In this document: positions 35,778 to 47,924 of the stretch, in pieces
Numbering within the stretch: the stretch's first letter is position 1
Layout of the letters: every line of letters begins with the position of its first letter
NCBI GenBank assembly: GCA_038087875.1
Contig: CM075997.1
Span: forward strand, 8,620,001-8,684,000
From: Malacoraja senta
Lineage: Eukaryota
Direction: 5' to 3'
DNA: 64,000 bases
The notes under the pieces: model-generated
Told to the model about the DNA's origin: nothing
Database searches by the model: none
What the model saw: the letters and a program-made list of their open reading frames with translations, nothing else
Translations under genes and position numbers: made by a program

Positions 35778-37310
35778 TGCAATGGGCTGACGTGTGGTAG
35801 CAACGGAGCGGAACATGGGCCTTTTTTTCATCCATTTCAGTAACCCGACCCGACTCGCAGTGTAATCAACGTTGCGGGGGAACAGTTTGTGTTAATAAAT
35901 TAAAATTCTGAAAACGAGAAGATTTTTACCAAATAACTCTTATTTTTACGAGGATGTTTCCGTAACCGGCTTCCGTCTCCGCACTAATTATCTTTGCTCC
36001 GCTATGGGATCTTTGGTGCGGAGACGGAAATGGGGCCGAAAATATCCCATGACCGTACTGTGTCTTTTTCGTCAAGTGGTCTAACTTGCTTGCTATAGGA
36101 TCTTTGCCCATTAGGGAGTGATATTGCTCTGTATCCTTCACTCTCCCCCCTTCATCTCCTCACTCCTACTGTTATCTCTAGTCCTCCATCCCCTCACTCC
36201 ATTCACCAGTTCCTTCCCTCACTCCTCGTGTTCCTTCACCCTCCTCGCCCCTCCCTCCCTCCACCCATGCGCGTTCACTCCCTCGACTCCCACTGTGTTC
36301 ACTCAACCCTTGCTCCTCTCTAGTCCTGCTCCCTCCATCCCTCCCCTCCCCCTCTTCTATAGCCCACCTCATGTGTTCCCTCCATCCCCCCCCCATTCTA
36401 GCCCACATCTCGCCACTGCCTCTACTGCCAATGTGTTCCCAAATTTACTCCCCCTCGACTCCTTTCCCCCCCCCACCACATATTTCCTCACCCCCCCCAA
36501 CAACTCTCTCTGCTTCAGTTTGCAACTTTATTTTATTTCAAAAAATACTGAAGACAGAATATTCACAAACTTGCAGAAGTGGTGAAGTGTTTCCATTAAC
36601 ATTCTTTGGCAAAGGGAACGCGAATATGCTGTTGGTTTTAACGTGAATTTAACAGGTTTGTGTGCAAACAGGAGGGTGCTCTTTCTCCCCTCCCCCCACT
36701 CCACTCTCTGCCCACCCTCTGTCTATTACCCCACCCCCCTCTGTCTCTCATCTTCCCCTTCCCACTGTCCCCATCTCTCCCATGCCTCTGTCTCCCCACA
36801 TCTCCATCTCTCCCCCACCCCCACTCCCGTCACCACACCCTCTCTTCCCTTCCCCTCTCACCACCCCTTTCTCTCACTCGTACTCTCTCACACTCCTCTC
36901 TCCCCCCTCCCATCCGTCTATCTGCCCTCACATCTCCCCCCTCCCGTCCTCGTCTCTCACAGCTCTGCAGCGTATTTATATGCAGCAGCTTCTCCATGTA
37001 TTTACAGCGTTGACCACAGATTTGTTGATGCTTAATCTGTTCCTCGGGGCGGTGGGGATTCCAACCCCCTGCGCCCACTCCCCGGGACTCCACGAATGGG
37101 CACCACCACCACCAGGCTCGGTATCAGACCAACACGAAGCTCCGCTTGGTGACCAGTCTTAGCTTTGCCTGGGGACCTGTGACCGAACCAGTCATAGCTC
37201 CGCGAGGAGGAAGAGTCCGTAGGGCAGCTCCATGTGGAGACGGAAGATAGACACAAAACGCTGGAGTAACTCAGCGGGTCAGGAAGCATCTGTGGAGAGA
37301 AGGAATGGGC

Positions 37311-37338
37311 GACGTTTCGGGTCGAGACCCTTCTTCAG
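37311..37338 (-). ncRNA. Minimal hammerhead-ribozyme-like motif within a PLE pLTR derivative (~37245-37580)
   Basis: CTGAAGA-A-GGGTC-TC-GACCC-GAAAC-GTC on the minus strand. Confidence 0.55.
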
Positions 37339-37599
37339 GGGAGAGGGAGATGCAGAGATAAGGAAGTGTAAGGCGTGTGAATGAGAGAATGGGGATGGAG
37401 ATCAAGGAAAATGTAGGATAGAGCATTGTTGGAAAAGAGAGGTGGGGGCGGGATAAAGTCTGGTGAGTGATAGGTGGATACTGGTGAGGGAGGGGGGTGA
37501 TAGGCGGATGGGTGGAGTCATTGACTAAGGCTGGGGGTGAAAAGCAGACAAAAAGAGGGTGAGATAAGGAGGGGAGGAGTCATTGAGTGATACAGTGCG

Positions 37600-38075
37600 G
37601 AAACAGGCCCTTCGGCCCAACACATCCATGCTGGTCAAGATGCCCCATTGGCCCACGTTTAGCACATATCTTGACACAGGTACAGGCCCTTCGGCCCATC
37701 GACTTCAATGGGACCACGACGTACTATCCCAGGATTGACCAATGCGGGACAGGAAACCTACGGCCCATCAAGTTATTAGTGACCAATAATGCTAACCCAA
37801 CATTGAGCCACGCCGCAAGGAAATAGGCTCTTTGGCCCTTCGAGTTCGTTGTAACCGCCAATAACCTATCCCAATATTCAGATGTACAGGACAGCAACAG
37901 GCCTTTCGGTCCATCCAATTGCCAGTGACCCATAAGGCTAACCTTACATGGAGCTAAATAGCAGGTAAATAGGCCCTTCAGCCCATCGGGTTCATGGTGA
38001 CCACGAAGTATCCCGATATATAGAGATATGCAGTACAGGACAGGCCCTTCAGCCCATCGCCCCCCTGATGGCCAA
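37600..38075. repeat. Decayed ~72-bp tandem array anchored on a LINE-tail hairpin (ACAGGCCCTTCGGCCCATC)
   Basis: Motif variants at ~37603, 37682, 37750, 37822, 37897, 37968 and 38040. Confidence 0.6.
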
Positions 38076-38954
38076 TTACGCCAGCTGCCGGCTTTCGCAA
38101 TTGAGGGTGCAGCGGGCCGGGAAGGGAGGGTATGAGAGGGGAGGGGAGGGGAGAGAGGGTCGGGAGGGTCGGGATGGGTGAGAGGTGAGGGAGGGGCAGG
38201 AGGGGGAGAGGGGCTGGAGGTGAGGGAGGGGCTGGTGAGGGAGGGGCTGGAGGGAAGAGAGGGTCTGGAGGGAGAGGCGGGAGAGAAGAGGGCCGGGAGG
38301 GGAGTGATGGGCGAGAGGGGACGGAGGTGAGGGAGGGGAGAGATGGGCTGGAGGTGAGGGTGGCGCGGGAGGGGAGAGAGGGTCGGGAGGGGCGGGTGGG
38401 GCCGAAGGGGAGAGAGGGGCGGGAGGGGCAGGAGGGGGAGGGAGGTGAGAGCGGTGAGGGAGGCGAGAGGGGAGGGAGTGAGCCGCTTTCCCCGGCAGGT
38501 TCTTAAGCTGCACCCAGGAGAACGGTCGGCGACTGGGCTCGGCCACTCGGCCACTCCAGGTAGGTTTGGAGTCGAGGAGGCGGCGGAGACCCGTACCAGA
38601 GGCCACAGTTTAAGAATAAGGTGACGGCCATTTAGGACTGAGATGGGGACCCAGAGAGTTGTGAATCTGTGGAAGGCAGTGGAGGCCAATTCACTAGATG
38701 TTTTCAAGAAAGAATTTGGCTCTTAGGGCTAAAGGAATCAAGGGATATGGGGAGAAAGCTGCCGGATGAGGTAGTTGAGGCTGGGACTATCCCAACATTT
38801 AAGAAACAGTTTGACAGGTACATGGATAGGACAAGTTTGGAGGGATATGGACCAAATACAGGCAGGTGGGACCAGTGTAGCCAGGACAAGTTGGTCGGTT
38901 TGGGCAAGTTGGGTCAAAGGGCCTGTTTCCACACTGCATCACTCTATTACTAAC

Positions 38955-39555
38955 ACAAAGTACTGGAGTAACTCGGCGGGTCAGGCGCGTCTCTGGAGAA
39001 CATGGATAGGTGACATTTTGGAGTGCTGGAGTAACTCGGCAGCATCTGTGGAGAACAGGGATAGGTGACATTTTGGAGTGCTGGAGTAACTCGGCAGCAT
39101 CTGTGGAGAACAGGGATAGGTGACATTTCGCATCAGGACCCTTCTTCAGACTGACGCAATGTTAACAGATGAGGGGGTGATCGGCAGATGTGAAGTAAGT
39201 GACAGAGGCAAGAGAAAATAAGGAGATAAAAGGGTGTGAGATAAGGAGAGAGGAATGTATACGTGCAGCTTTAAGGGACATTGGTCAGGTAGCATTTGGA
39301 GTATTGCATACAGTTCTGGTCACTCCATTACAGGACTGATGTGGAGGCTTTGGGGAAGGTGCAGAGATGGTTAACCAGAATGGTTTAAAAACAAGAAACT
39401 GCAGATGCTGGTTTACAAAAAAGGACACAACGTGAGTAACTCAGTGGGACAGGCAGCATCTTTGGAGAGAAGTAATGGGTGACGTTCGGGTCAAGACTAA
39501 AGAAGGGTCTCGACCCGAAACGTTACCCATTCCTTCCAGCATTTTGTATCTACCT
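38955..39555. mobile_element. PLE pLTR-derived tandem block (paralogues at ~45475-46075, 53575-54120, 55487-56105)
   Basis: Tandem GTGCTGGAGTAACTC(A)GCGGGTCAGGCAGCATCT..GGAGAAC units plus hammerhead-like cores. Confidence 0.7.
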
Positions 39556-40404
39556 AAACCTGGGTGCAACAGCCAGACCTGGGGCACGCAGCCGACCTGG
39601 ATGTAACAGGCAAACCTGGGGCAAGTGAGCTGACCTGGGCGCTACAGCCAGTCCCGTGGCACGCAGGCTTTGGAGGTGTGTGGCGGTTGTCAGTCAAGTG
39701 CGAATAAGAGAGAAAACTGCTGCCTTGTCAACAGAAGCGCACAAAGCAGTTGGTATTAGTTTTGAAATTCTCATTATCCCTATTTTTGACCTGGTGTCTT
39801 CATTGCCGGGAAATACGGTATATGTTCATAATATTTTATCAAGAGCAAAGATCATAGAGTGGAGCGGGTCAGCGGGCGTTGGAGCTTACTCCTGTGTCAG
39901 CGTGAGTAACCTCAATTGGTCCTTTGAACTAGTATTGTCATAATATGATCACAACTGATTCAACTTGTCCCGGTGTGCTCCAGTTTTCCCCACCATCTCT
40001 CCACCTGCCGTCACCCTCCACCCCCCACCCAGTCATTCAGAGTGGAGGGGACCTGGAAGCCTTGCGCAATTTTTTTTCCTTTCTTTTTCTTTTTTCTTTT
40101 TTTGAGTGAGAAATTCGAGGTCCCTCCAGCCTTTTTTCAAAATTTAGCAACTCAAAATGGGGGTGCGTCTTCATTGCCGGGAAATACGGTATATGTTCAT
40201 AATACTTTATTAAGAGATAAGGCTTTTGAAGACAAATTACTTTATAGAAGTCGACTGACTGCCTACCGGAGAGAACAATCTGCGCATGCGCGGTTTAAGA
40301 AGATTTTTTGAAAGTACTGACAGCTTACGGAGAGAACAATCTGCGCATGCGCGGTTTACAAGATTTTTTTTAAAGCCGACTGACTGCCTGCCCTGACTAA
40401 TTAC

Positions 40405-40491
40405 TCACGGCACGTGCCTGTGCCAGGCCTTGCCACACACATCGCACTCATAACGATTCTCCTTGTCGTGCCCCGCCATTTGGTCCTCCAT
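40405..40491 (-). pseudogene. ZNF stub, copy 2 (MEDQMAGHDKENRYECDVCGKAWHRHVP*)
   Basis: Paralogous to the N-termini of copies 1 and 4; truncated within finger 1; acceptor AG mutated. Confidence 0.85.
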
Positions 40492-40939
40492 CGAAGCTCA
40501 GCCCCTCGAAGATCAGCCCGCACACTGAGCAGATGGGGGGGGGGGGGGCTCACCGGCACCCTGGCCGCCCTCAATGGTCGCTCACGTCCCCATCTCTCCG
40601 TCCACCGCAACGGCTCCTAAACGGTGCAGGAGGGGAACGAACACAAGCTGGCAAACAGGACATTACTAATGCGTGAACATTGCTAGTGCTTGAAGGGGGG
40701 AAGAGATCAAGTGGGGGAGAGGGTGGGTGGAGGGGGAGGAGGGTGGAGTGAGGGGGGAGAGGAGGGGGGGGGAAGGGAGAAGTGGTGAGGAAGAAAGAGG
40801 AAAGTGGGGAAGGTGATGAGGATGGTGGAAGTGAGGGGAGGGGGAGGAGGGAGGGGGGGTTGTGATGGGAGAGTAAGGGGGTGAGTGAGGGGGAGGGGGA
40901 GAAGGGAGGGGATGAGGAAACAAGTGGGAGAAGGGGGGG

Positions 40940-41360
40940 TCCACACCGACCTGGGGGCAACGAGCATCCGGGCACCGTGTCGAGCCGCCTGCCCACACGT
41001 CCACCAGCCAGCCGCCCTGCACCATGACGTACTTCTACCACTCGCACCTGACGTCACCGCCAATCCAAGGGGGACTGCCGGCACCGCCCCGCCGGTGATT
41101 GGCGCTGAGTCACATGGGGGCGGCATGAGTGGGGGGGGGAGCGGGGTGAGGATCAGTGGGGAAGGAGTTGAGTGGGGGGTGGTAAGTGGGGGGAGGGTGT
41201 GAGTGGGGGAGCGAGTGAGTGGGGGGCAGCACACCGACCTGGGCGCACCGAGCATCTGGGAACGGCGTTGAACCGCCTGCCCGCCCTGTGCCCTGACGTC
41301 ACCGCCAATCCGAGGGGGACTGTCGGCCCCGCACCCTGCCATTGCGCAGAGTCACGTGGG
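40940..41360 (-). promoter_or_regulatory. ZNF promoter/first-exon module, present twice in tandem
   Basis: TGACGTCA-CCG-CCAAT at 41049 and 41294; GTCACGTG at 41351; donor-like CAG|GTCGGT at 40950 and ~41237. Confidence 0.6.
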
Positions 41361-41697
41361 GGGTGGCATGCATTTTGGGAAGAAGGTCACACAGTGCTGG
41401 AGTCACTCCGCATCTGTGGAGAGAAGGAATGCGCGACGTTTCGGGTAGAGAAGGAATGGAGTTCAAGGAAAATGTAGAATAGATCATTGTTCGTTGGGAG
41501 AAGCTAACATAGACAATAGGTGCAGGAGTAGGGCATTCGGCCCTTCAAGCCAGCCATTCAATATGATCATGGCTGATCATCCAAAAATCAGTACCCCGTT
41601 CCTTCTTTTTTCCATCTCCCTTCATTCCGTTAGCCCGAAGAGCTAAATCTAACTGTCTTGAAAATGTGCAGTGAATAAGCGAGTTCGGTATTCCGAC

Positions 41698-41732
41698 TGC
41701 GCATGCCCGGGTCAAAGGTCACTTGCTATAAA
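41698..41732 (+). promoter_or_regulatory. NRF1-like / DR1 / TATA module
   Basis: TGCGCATGC, GGGTCA-A-AGGTCA, TATAAA; followed by a CpG-rich tract. Confidence 0.5.
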
Positions 41733-42975
41733 CATTCTCGGTGGCTGTGCTGCTGCGTAGGTGCAGGTCTGCGTTTCGTCCGTGGTCGGCGTCGTACCCG
41801 GGTCTCCGGCGTTGTTGAGTTGCTGCTAGGCCGTCCCCGTCCACTCCCGGATGTCCCGTCCCTGTCCGGGGGCGGCCCTGGGCTGGCAGGGCAGTGGCGG
41901 CCCGGGCTTGCAGCCGGCGCGGACACCGGCTCCAGGTCGGCTCTGACTGTCCCGCCTGGTTGGCCGACAGCCCTGGACTGGCGGGGCGTGGTGGCAGCAC
42001 CGGACTTGCAGACGGTGCGGATGGCTCCGGCCGGCCTCTGCTCCGGCTCCTGGGGACCGTCAGCTTCGCCTCTCACCTTGTTCGGTTGGCCATCTCGCTG
42101 CCGGCGGGGGCCGAGGGCCGGTCAAGCACACGGGTTGCTGCGGTGGCTCAGCGGGTCAGGCAACATCTCTGGAGAAGGGTCTCGACACGAAACGTCACCC
42201 ATTCCTTTTTTCTGCGGGTGCTGCCTGTCCCGCTGTGTTGATGCAGCGTTTTGTGTGGGGGGTGGTAACTGGATCCTCGAGAGTTGGAGCCTCTTCTCCG
42301 CGCTGGCTGTGGACGCCGAGAATGTCTCTCCCCCTGTATCCCACTCGCATCTGCCCCCTCTCTCGCTACCTGGCACCCCCTTTCCTCAGATTAAATATAT
42401 TTTTACACATACATTATGAATAAAGATAAAAATGCATAAACAGTTTATACAGACAGCGCTTTGTTCACTTTTTCTTAATAGCGAATGACCTTTGACAAAT
42501 CCCATGATTCCTTGCGTTTTTCGGAACACTGAACTCACTTATTGTCCTCCGCTGCCTTCTGAGGTGGAGAATTCCACAGATTCGCAACTCTCTGTGTGAA
42601 AAAGTTTTCCCTCATCTCAGTCCTAAATGGCCTATAAACTGTGACCCCTGGTTCTGGACTCCCCCAACATTGGGAACATGTTTCCTGCATAAACCCTGTC
42701 CAATCCTTTAATAATTTTAAATGTTTCTATAAGATCCCCTCTGATCCTTCTAAATTCCTGCGAATACAAACCCACTCGACCCATGCTTTCATCATATGTC
42801 AGGCCCGCCATCCTGGGAATTAACCTGGTGAATTGTGCTGCACTCCCTCAATAGCAAGAATGTCCATCCTCAAATTAGGAGACGTAAACTGCACAAAATA
42901 CTCCAGGTGTGGTCTCACCAGAACTGCAATCAGACCTCTTTGGTCCTAAATTTAAATTCTCTCCCAATAGCGTTC

Positions 42976-43980
42976 TGCACTGTGAGATTTGATTTGCTGC
43001 CTGCCCATTGCCTGGAGTGCTGTGAGACTGGATTTGCTGCCTGCCCTCTGCTTGAAGTGCTGTGAGATTGGATTTGCAGCCTGCCCTCTGCTTGAAGTGC
43101 TGTGAGATTGGACTTGCTGCCTGCCCACGGCTTGAATTGCTGTGACAATGGATTTGCTGCCCGTCCTCTCCTTGAAGTGCTGTGAGATTGGATTTGCTGC
43201 CTGCCCTCGGCTTGAAGTGCAGTGAGATTGGATTTGCAGCCTGCCCTCTGCTTGAAGTGCTGTGAGATTGGATTTGGTGCCTGCACTCTGCTTGAAGTGC
43301 TGTGAGATTGGATTTGCTGCCTGCCCTCTGCTTCAAGTGCTGTGAGATTGGATTTGCTGCATGCCCTCTGTTGAAGTGCTGTGAGATTGGATTTGCTGCC
43401 TGCCGTCTGTTTGAAGTGCTGTGAGATTGGATTTGCTGCCTGCCCTCAGTCTGAAGTGCTGTGAGATTGGATTTGCTGCCTGCCCTCTGCTCGAAGTGCT
43501 GTGAGATTGGATTTGCTGCCTGCCCTCTGTGCGAAGTGCTGTGAGATTGGATTTGCTGCCTGCACTCTGCTTGAAGTGCTGTGGGATTGGATTTGCTGCC
43601 CGCACTCTGCTTGTTTTTTTTTCTTTTCTACTCTTTCTTTCTATCTTCTTTTCTTCACTTTTCTTCTTTCACTCTTTTTTTTCTTTATCACACACTATAT
43701 ATCTCACGTTTTTCTATATTTTATTATCTATTCTCTTTTTCTTTTTCTTCTTAATAATAATTTAAAAAAATAAGAAGCTGTACATAAAATGTATTATGTC
43801 AATATATATTAGGAACTTTGGTGCCATATGATTGTACTTACTTCTAATAAAATTAAAATATTTTAAAAAAAAAGAAGTGCTGAGATATTGGATTTGCTGC
43901 CTGGCCCGCATTCTGCTTGAAGTGCTGTGAGATTGGATTTGCTGCCTGCCCTCTGCTTGAAGTGCTGTGGGATTTGCTGT
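42976..43980. repeat. 40-bp minisatellite TGTGAGATTGGATTTGCTGCCTGCCCTCTGCTTGAAGTGC (also 49274-50275 and 53120-53572)
   Basis: Directly visible tandem units. Confidence 0.95.
43613..43872 (+). mobile_element. L1-like 3' UTR/poly(A) insertion within the minisatellite (duplicate at ~49909-50168)
   Basis: T-rich UTR ending TACTTCTAATAAA plus A-tail, like the reverse complement of the L1 end at 12187-12240. Confidence 0.6.
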
Positions 43981-45238
43981 TGAGCCAAAACCAAAGAGGC
44001 CAACGTCAGGCAACGCCATTGTAGTTGGGGACTCCATTGTGAGAGGTATGGACAGGGGTTTCTGCAGGAACAGACGGGATTCGAAGATGGTGTGCTTCCT
44101 TCCTGGTGCCAGGATCCAGGATGTCATGGACAGAGTGCAGAAAATCCTCAAGGGCGAAGGCGAACAGCCGGAAGTGGTAGTGCATGTCGGCACAAGCGAT
44201 GTCGGAAAGAAGGGGATGAATATTCTGCAGCGTGACGTTAGAGTGGAAAAATACTGAAAAGCAGGACCTCCAGGGTTCTTATCTCCGGTTTGCTTCCAGT
44301 TCCTCGTGCTGGCGAGAGCAGGAACAGGGAGATACGGGACCTGAATGTGTAGCTGAGGAACAGGTGCAGGAGGCAGGGATTTCGATTTTTAGGTCACTGG
44401 GATCTGTTTTGGAGTAAAGGGGAACTGTGGTCTCAGGGGTCTGTGTTGGGTCCACTGTTGTTTGTCATGTACATCAATGATCTGGATGATGGGGTGGAAA
44501 ATTGGATTAATAAGTATGCAGATGATACTAAGATAGGTGGTGTTGTGGATAATGAAGTAGATTTTCAAAGTCTACAGAGAGATTTAGGCCATTTGGAAGA
44601 GTGGGCTGAAAGATGGCAGATGGAGTTTAATGCTGACAAATGTGAGGTGCTACATCTCGGCAGGACAAATCAAAATAGGACGTACACGGTAAACGGTAGC
44701 GAATTGAGGAATGCAGTTGAACAAAGGGATCTAGGAATAACTGTGCATAGTTCCCTGAAGGTGGAATCTCATGTAGATAGGGTGGTAAAGAAAGCTTTTG
44801 GTGTGCTGGCCTTTATAAATCAGAGCATTGAATATAGAAGTTGGGATGTAAGGTTAAAATTGTACAAGGCATTGGTGAGGCCAATTCTGGAGTATGGAGT
44901 ACAATTTTGGTCGCCTAATTATAGGAAGGATGTCAACAAAATAGAGAGTACAGAGGAGATTTACCAGAATGTTGCCTGGGTTGCAGCAACTAAGTTACAG
45001 AGAAAGGTTGAACAAGTTAGGTCTTTATTCTTTGGAGCGCAGAAGGTTAAGAGGGGACGTGATAGAGGTCTTTAAAATTATGAGCGGGTTAGACAGAGTG
45101 GACGTGGATAAGCTTTTCCAATTGAGAGTAGGGAAGATTCAAACAAGGGGACATGACTTGAGAATTAAGGGACAGAAGTTTAGGGGGAACATTAGGGGGA
45201 ACTTCTTTACTCAGAGAGTGGTAGCTGTGTGGAATGAG
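43975..45238 (+). mobile_element. CR1-A ORF1 esterase fragment joined to an RT fragment of a different CR1 subfamily
   Basis: VVGDSIVR..HVGTSD, then (from ~44430) LLFVMYINDLD..YADDTK..RPILEY. Confidence 0.9.
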
Positions 45239-46859
45239 GGCTCTTAGGGCTAAAGGAATCAAGGGATATGGGGAGAAAGCTGCCGGATGAGGTAGTTGAG
45301 GCTGGGACTATCCCAACATTTAAGAAACAGTTTGACAGGTACATGGATAGGACAAGTTTGGAGGGATATGGACCAAATACAGGCAGGTGGGACCAGTGTA
45401 GCCATACAAGTTGGTCGGTTTGGGCAAGTTGGGTCAAAGGGCCTGTTTCCACACTGCATCACTCTATTACTAACACAAAGTACTGCAGTAACTCGGCGGG
45501 TCAGGCAGCGTCTCTGGAGAACATGGATAGGTGACATTTTGGAGTGCTGGAGTAACGCGGCAGCATCTGTGGAGAACAGGGATAGGTGACATTTTGGAGT
45601 GCTGGAGTAACTCGGCAGCATCTGTGGAGAACAGGGATAGGTGACATTTCGCATCAGGACCCTTCTTCAGACTGACGCAATGTTAACAGATGAGGGGGTG
45701 ATCGGCAGATGTGAAGTAAGTGACAGAGGCGAGAGAAAATAAGGAGATAAAAGGGTGTGAGATAAGGAGAGAGGAATGTATACGTGCAGCTTTAAGGGAC
45801 ATTGGTCAGGTAGCATTTGGAGTATTGCATACAGTTCTGGTCACTCCATTGCAGGACTGATGTAAAGGCTTTGGGGAAGGTGCAGAGATGGTTAACCAGA
45901 ATGGTTTAAAAACAAGAAACTGCAGATGCTGGTTTACAAAAAAGGACACAAAGTGAGTAACTCAGTGGGACAGGCAGCATCTTTGGAGAGAAGTAATGGG
46001 TGACGTTCGGGTCAAGACTAAAGAAGGGTCTCGACCCGAAACGTTACCCATTCCTTCCAGCATTTTGTATCTACCTAAACCTGGGTGCAACAGCCAGACC
46101 TGGGGCACGCAGCCGACCTGGATGTAACAGGCAAACCTGGGGCAAGTGAGCTGACCTGGGCGCTACAGCCAGTCCCGTGGCACGCAGGCTTTGGAGGTGT
46201 GTGGCGGTTGTCGGTCAAGTGAGAATAAGAGAGAAAACTGCTGCCTTGTCAACAGACGCGCACAAAGCAGTTGGTATTAGTTTTCAAATTCTCATTATCC
46301 CTATTTTTGACCTGGCGTCTTCATTGCCCGGAAATACGGTATATGTTCATAATACTTTATCAAGAGCAAAGATCATAGAGTGGAGCGGGTCAGAGGGCGT
46401 TGGAGCTTACTCCTGTGTCAGCGTGAGTAACCTCAATTGGTCCTTTGAACTAGTATTGTCATAATATGATCACAACTGATTCAACTTGTCCCGGTGTGCT
46501 CCAGTTTTCCCCACCATCTCTCCACCTGCCGTCACCCTCCACCCCCCACCCAGTCATTCAGAGTGGAGGGGACCTGGAAGCCTTGCGCAATTTTTTCCTT
46601 CTTTTTTTTTCTTTTTTTGAGTGAGAAATTCGAGGTCCCTCCAGCCTTTTTTCAAAATTTAGCAACTCAAAATGGGGGGTGCGTCTTCATTGCCGGGAAA
46701 TACGGTATATGTTCATAATACTTTATTAAGAGATAAGGCTTTTGAAGACAAATTACTTTATAGAAGTCGACTGACTGCCTACCGGAGAGAACAATCTGCG
46801 CATGCGCGGTTTTCATGATTTTTTTTAAAGCCGACTGACTGCCTGCCCTGACTAATTAC

Positions 46860-47072
46860 TCACGGCACGTGCCTGTGCTAGGCCTTGCCACACACATCGC
46901 ACTCATAACGATTCTCCTTGTCGTGCCCCGCCATTTGGTCCTCGAAGCTCAGCCCCTCGAAGATCAGCCCGCACACTGAGCAGATGGGGGGGGGAGGCTC
47001 ACCGGCACCCTGGCCGCCCTCAATGGTCGCTCACGTCCCCATCTCTTCGTGCACCGCAACGGCTCCTAAACC
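46860..47072 (-). pseudogene. ZNF stub, copy 3
   Basis: Duplicate of copy 2; acceptor intact (47073-47074), first ATG deleted, TGG changed to TAG in finger 1. Confidence 0.85.
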
Positions 47073-47409
47073 CTGCAGGAGGGGAATGAACACAAGCTGG
47101 CAAACAGGACATTACTAATGCGTGAACATTGCTAGTGCTTGAAGGGGGGAAGAGATCGAGTGGGGGAGGGGGGTATAGGGAGGGGAAGAGGGTGGGTGGA
47201 GGGGGAGGAGGGTGGAGTGAGGGGGGAGAGGAGGGGGGGGGAGGAAGGGAGAAGTGGTGAGGAAGAAAGAGGAAAGTGGGGAAGGGGATGAGGATGGTGG
47301 AAGTGAGGGGAGGGGGAGGAGGGAGGGGGGGTTGTGATGGGAGAGTAAGGGGGTGAGTAAGGGGGAGGGGGAGAAGGGAGGGGATGAGGAAACAAGTGGG
47401 AGAAGGGGG

Positions 47410-47590
47410 GGTCCACACCGACCTGGGGGCAACGAGCATCCGGGCACCGTGTCGAGCCGCCTGCCCACACGTCCACCAGCCAGCCGCCCTACACCATGAC
47501 GTACTTCTACCACTCGCACCTGACGTCACCGCCAATCCGAGGGGGACTGTCGGCCCCGCACCCTGCCATTGCGCAGAGTCACGTGGGGGG
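47410..47590 (-). promoter_or_regulatory. ZNF promoter/first-exon module (copy 3)
   Basis: TGACGTCA 47521, CCAAT 47532, GTCACGTG 47578, donor-like site at 47422. Confidence 0.6.
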
Positions 47591-47924
47591 CGGCATGCAT
47601 TATGGGAAGAAGGTCACACAGTGCTGGAGTCACTCCGCGTCTGTGGAGAGAAGGAATGCGCGACGTTTCGGGTAGAGAAGGAATGGAGTTCAAGGAAAAT
47701 GTAGAATAGATCATTGTTCGTTGGGAGAAGGTAACATAGACAATAGGTGCAGGAGTAGGGCATTCGGCCCTTCAAGCCAGCCATTCAATATGATCATGGC
47801 TGATCATCCAAAAATCAGTACCCCGTTCCTTCTTTTTTCCATCTCCCTTCATTCCGTTAGCCCGAAGAGCTAAATCTAACTGTCTTGAAAATGTGCAGTG
47901 AATAAGCGAGTTCGGTATTCCGAC

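Larger units (their letters stand above)
34644..36106. mobile_element. P-superfamily-like MITE carrying two nested insertions
   Basis: CAAAGATCCTAT.. at 34644 and ..CTATAGGATCTTTG ending 36106; 8-bp TSD CCCATCAG/CCCATTAG; body matches 28046-28455 in the opposite orientation. Confidence 0.85.
38718..45238. repeat. Tandem segmental duplication, unit 1 (~6.5 kb)
   Basis: Collinear, highly similar to 45239-51801. Confidence 0.95.

Noticed and set aside
36110..38480. Pro/Ser/Leu-rich ORFs (130-327 aa)
   Set aside because: Arise from C/T- or G/A-rich low-complexity DNA
38487..38565. Exon-like segment between CCGGCAG| and |GTAGGT
   Set aside because: Too short, no recognisable product or partner exons; such motifs occur by chance
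41703..42419. 238-aa ORF after the DR1 module
   Set aside because: Starts upstream of the TATA, frame not conserved in the 47.9-kb and 63.5-kb paralogues, runs into PLE sequence
42976..43980. 40-bp repeats as a CRISPR array or repeat-protein gene
   Set aside because: Head-to-tail units with no unique spacers, no cas genes, unit not a multiple of 3, eukaryotic context
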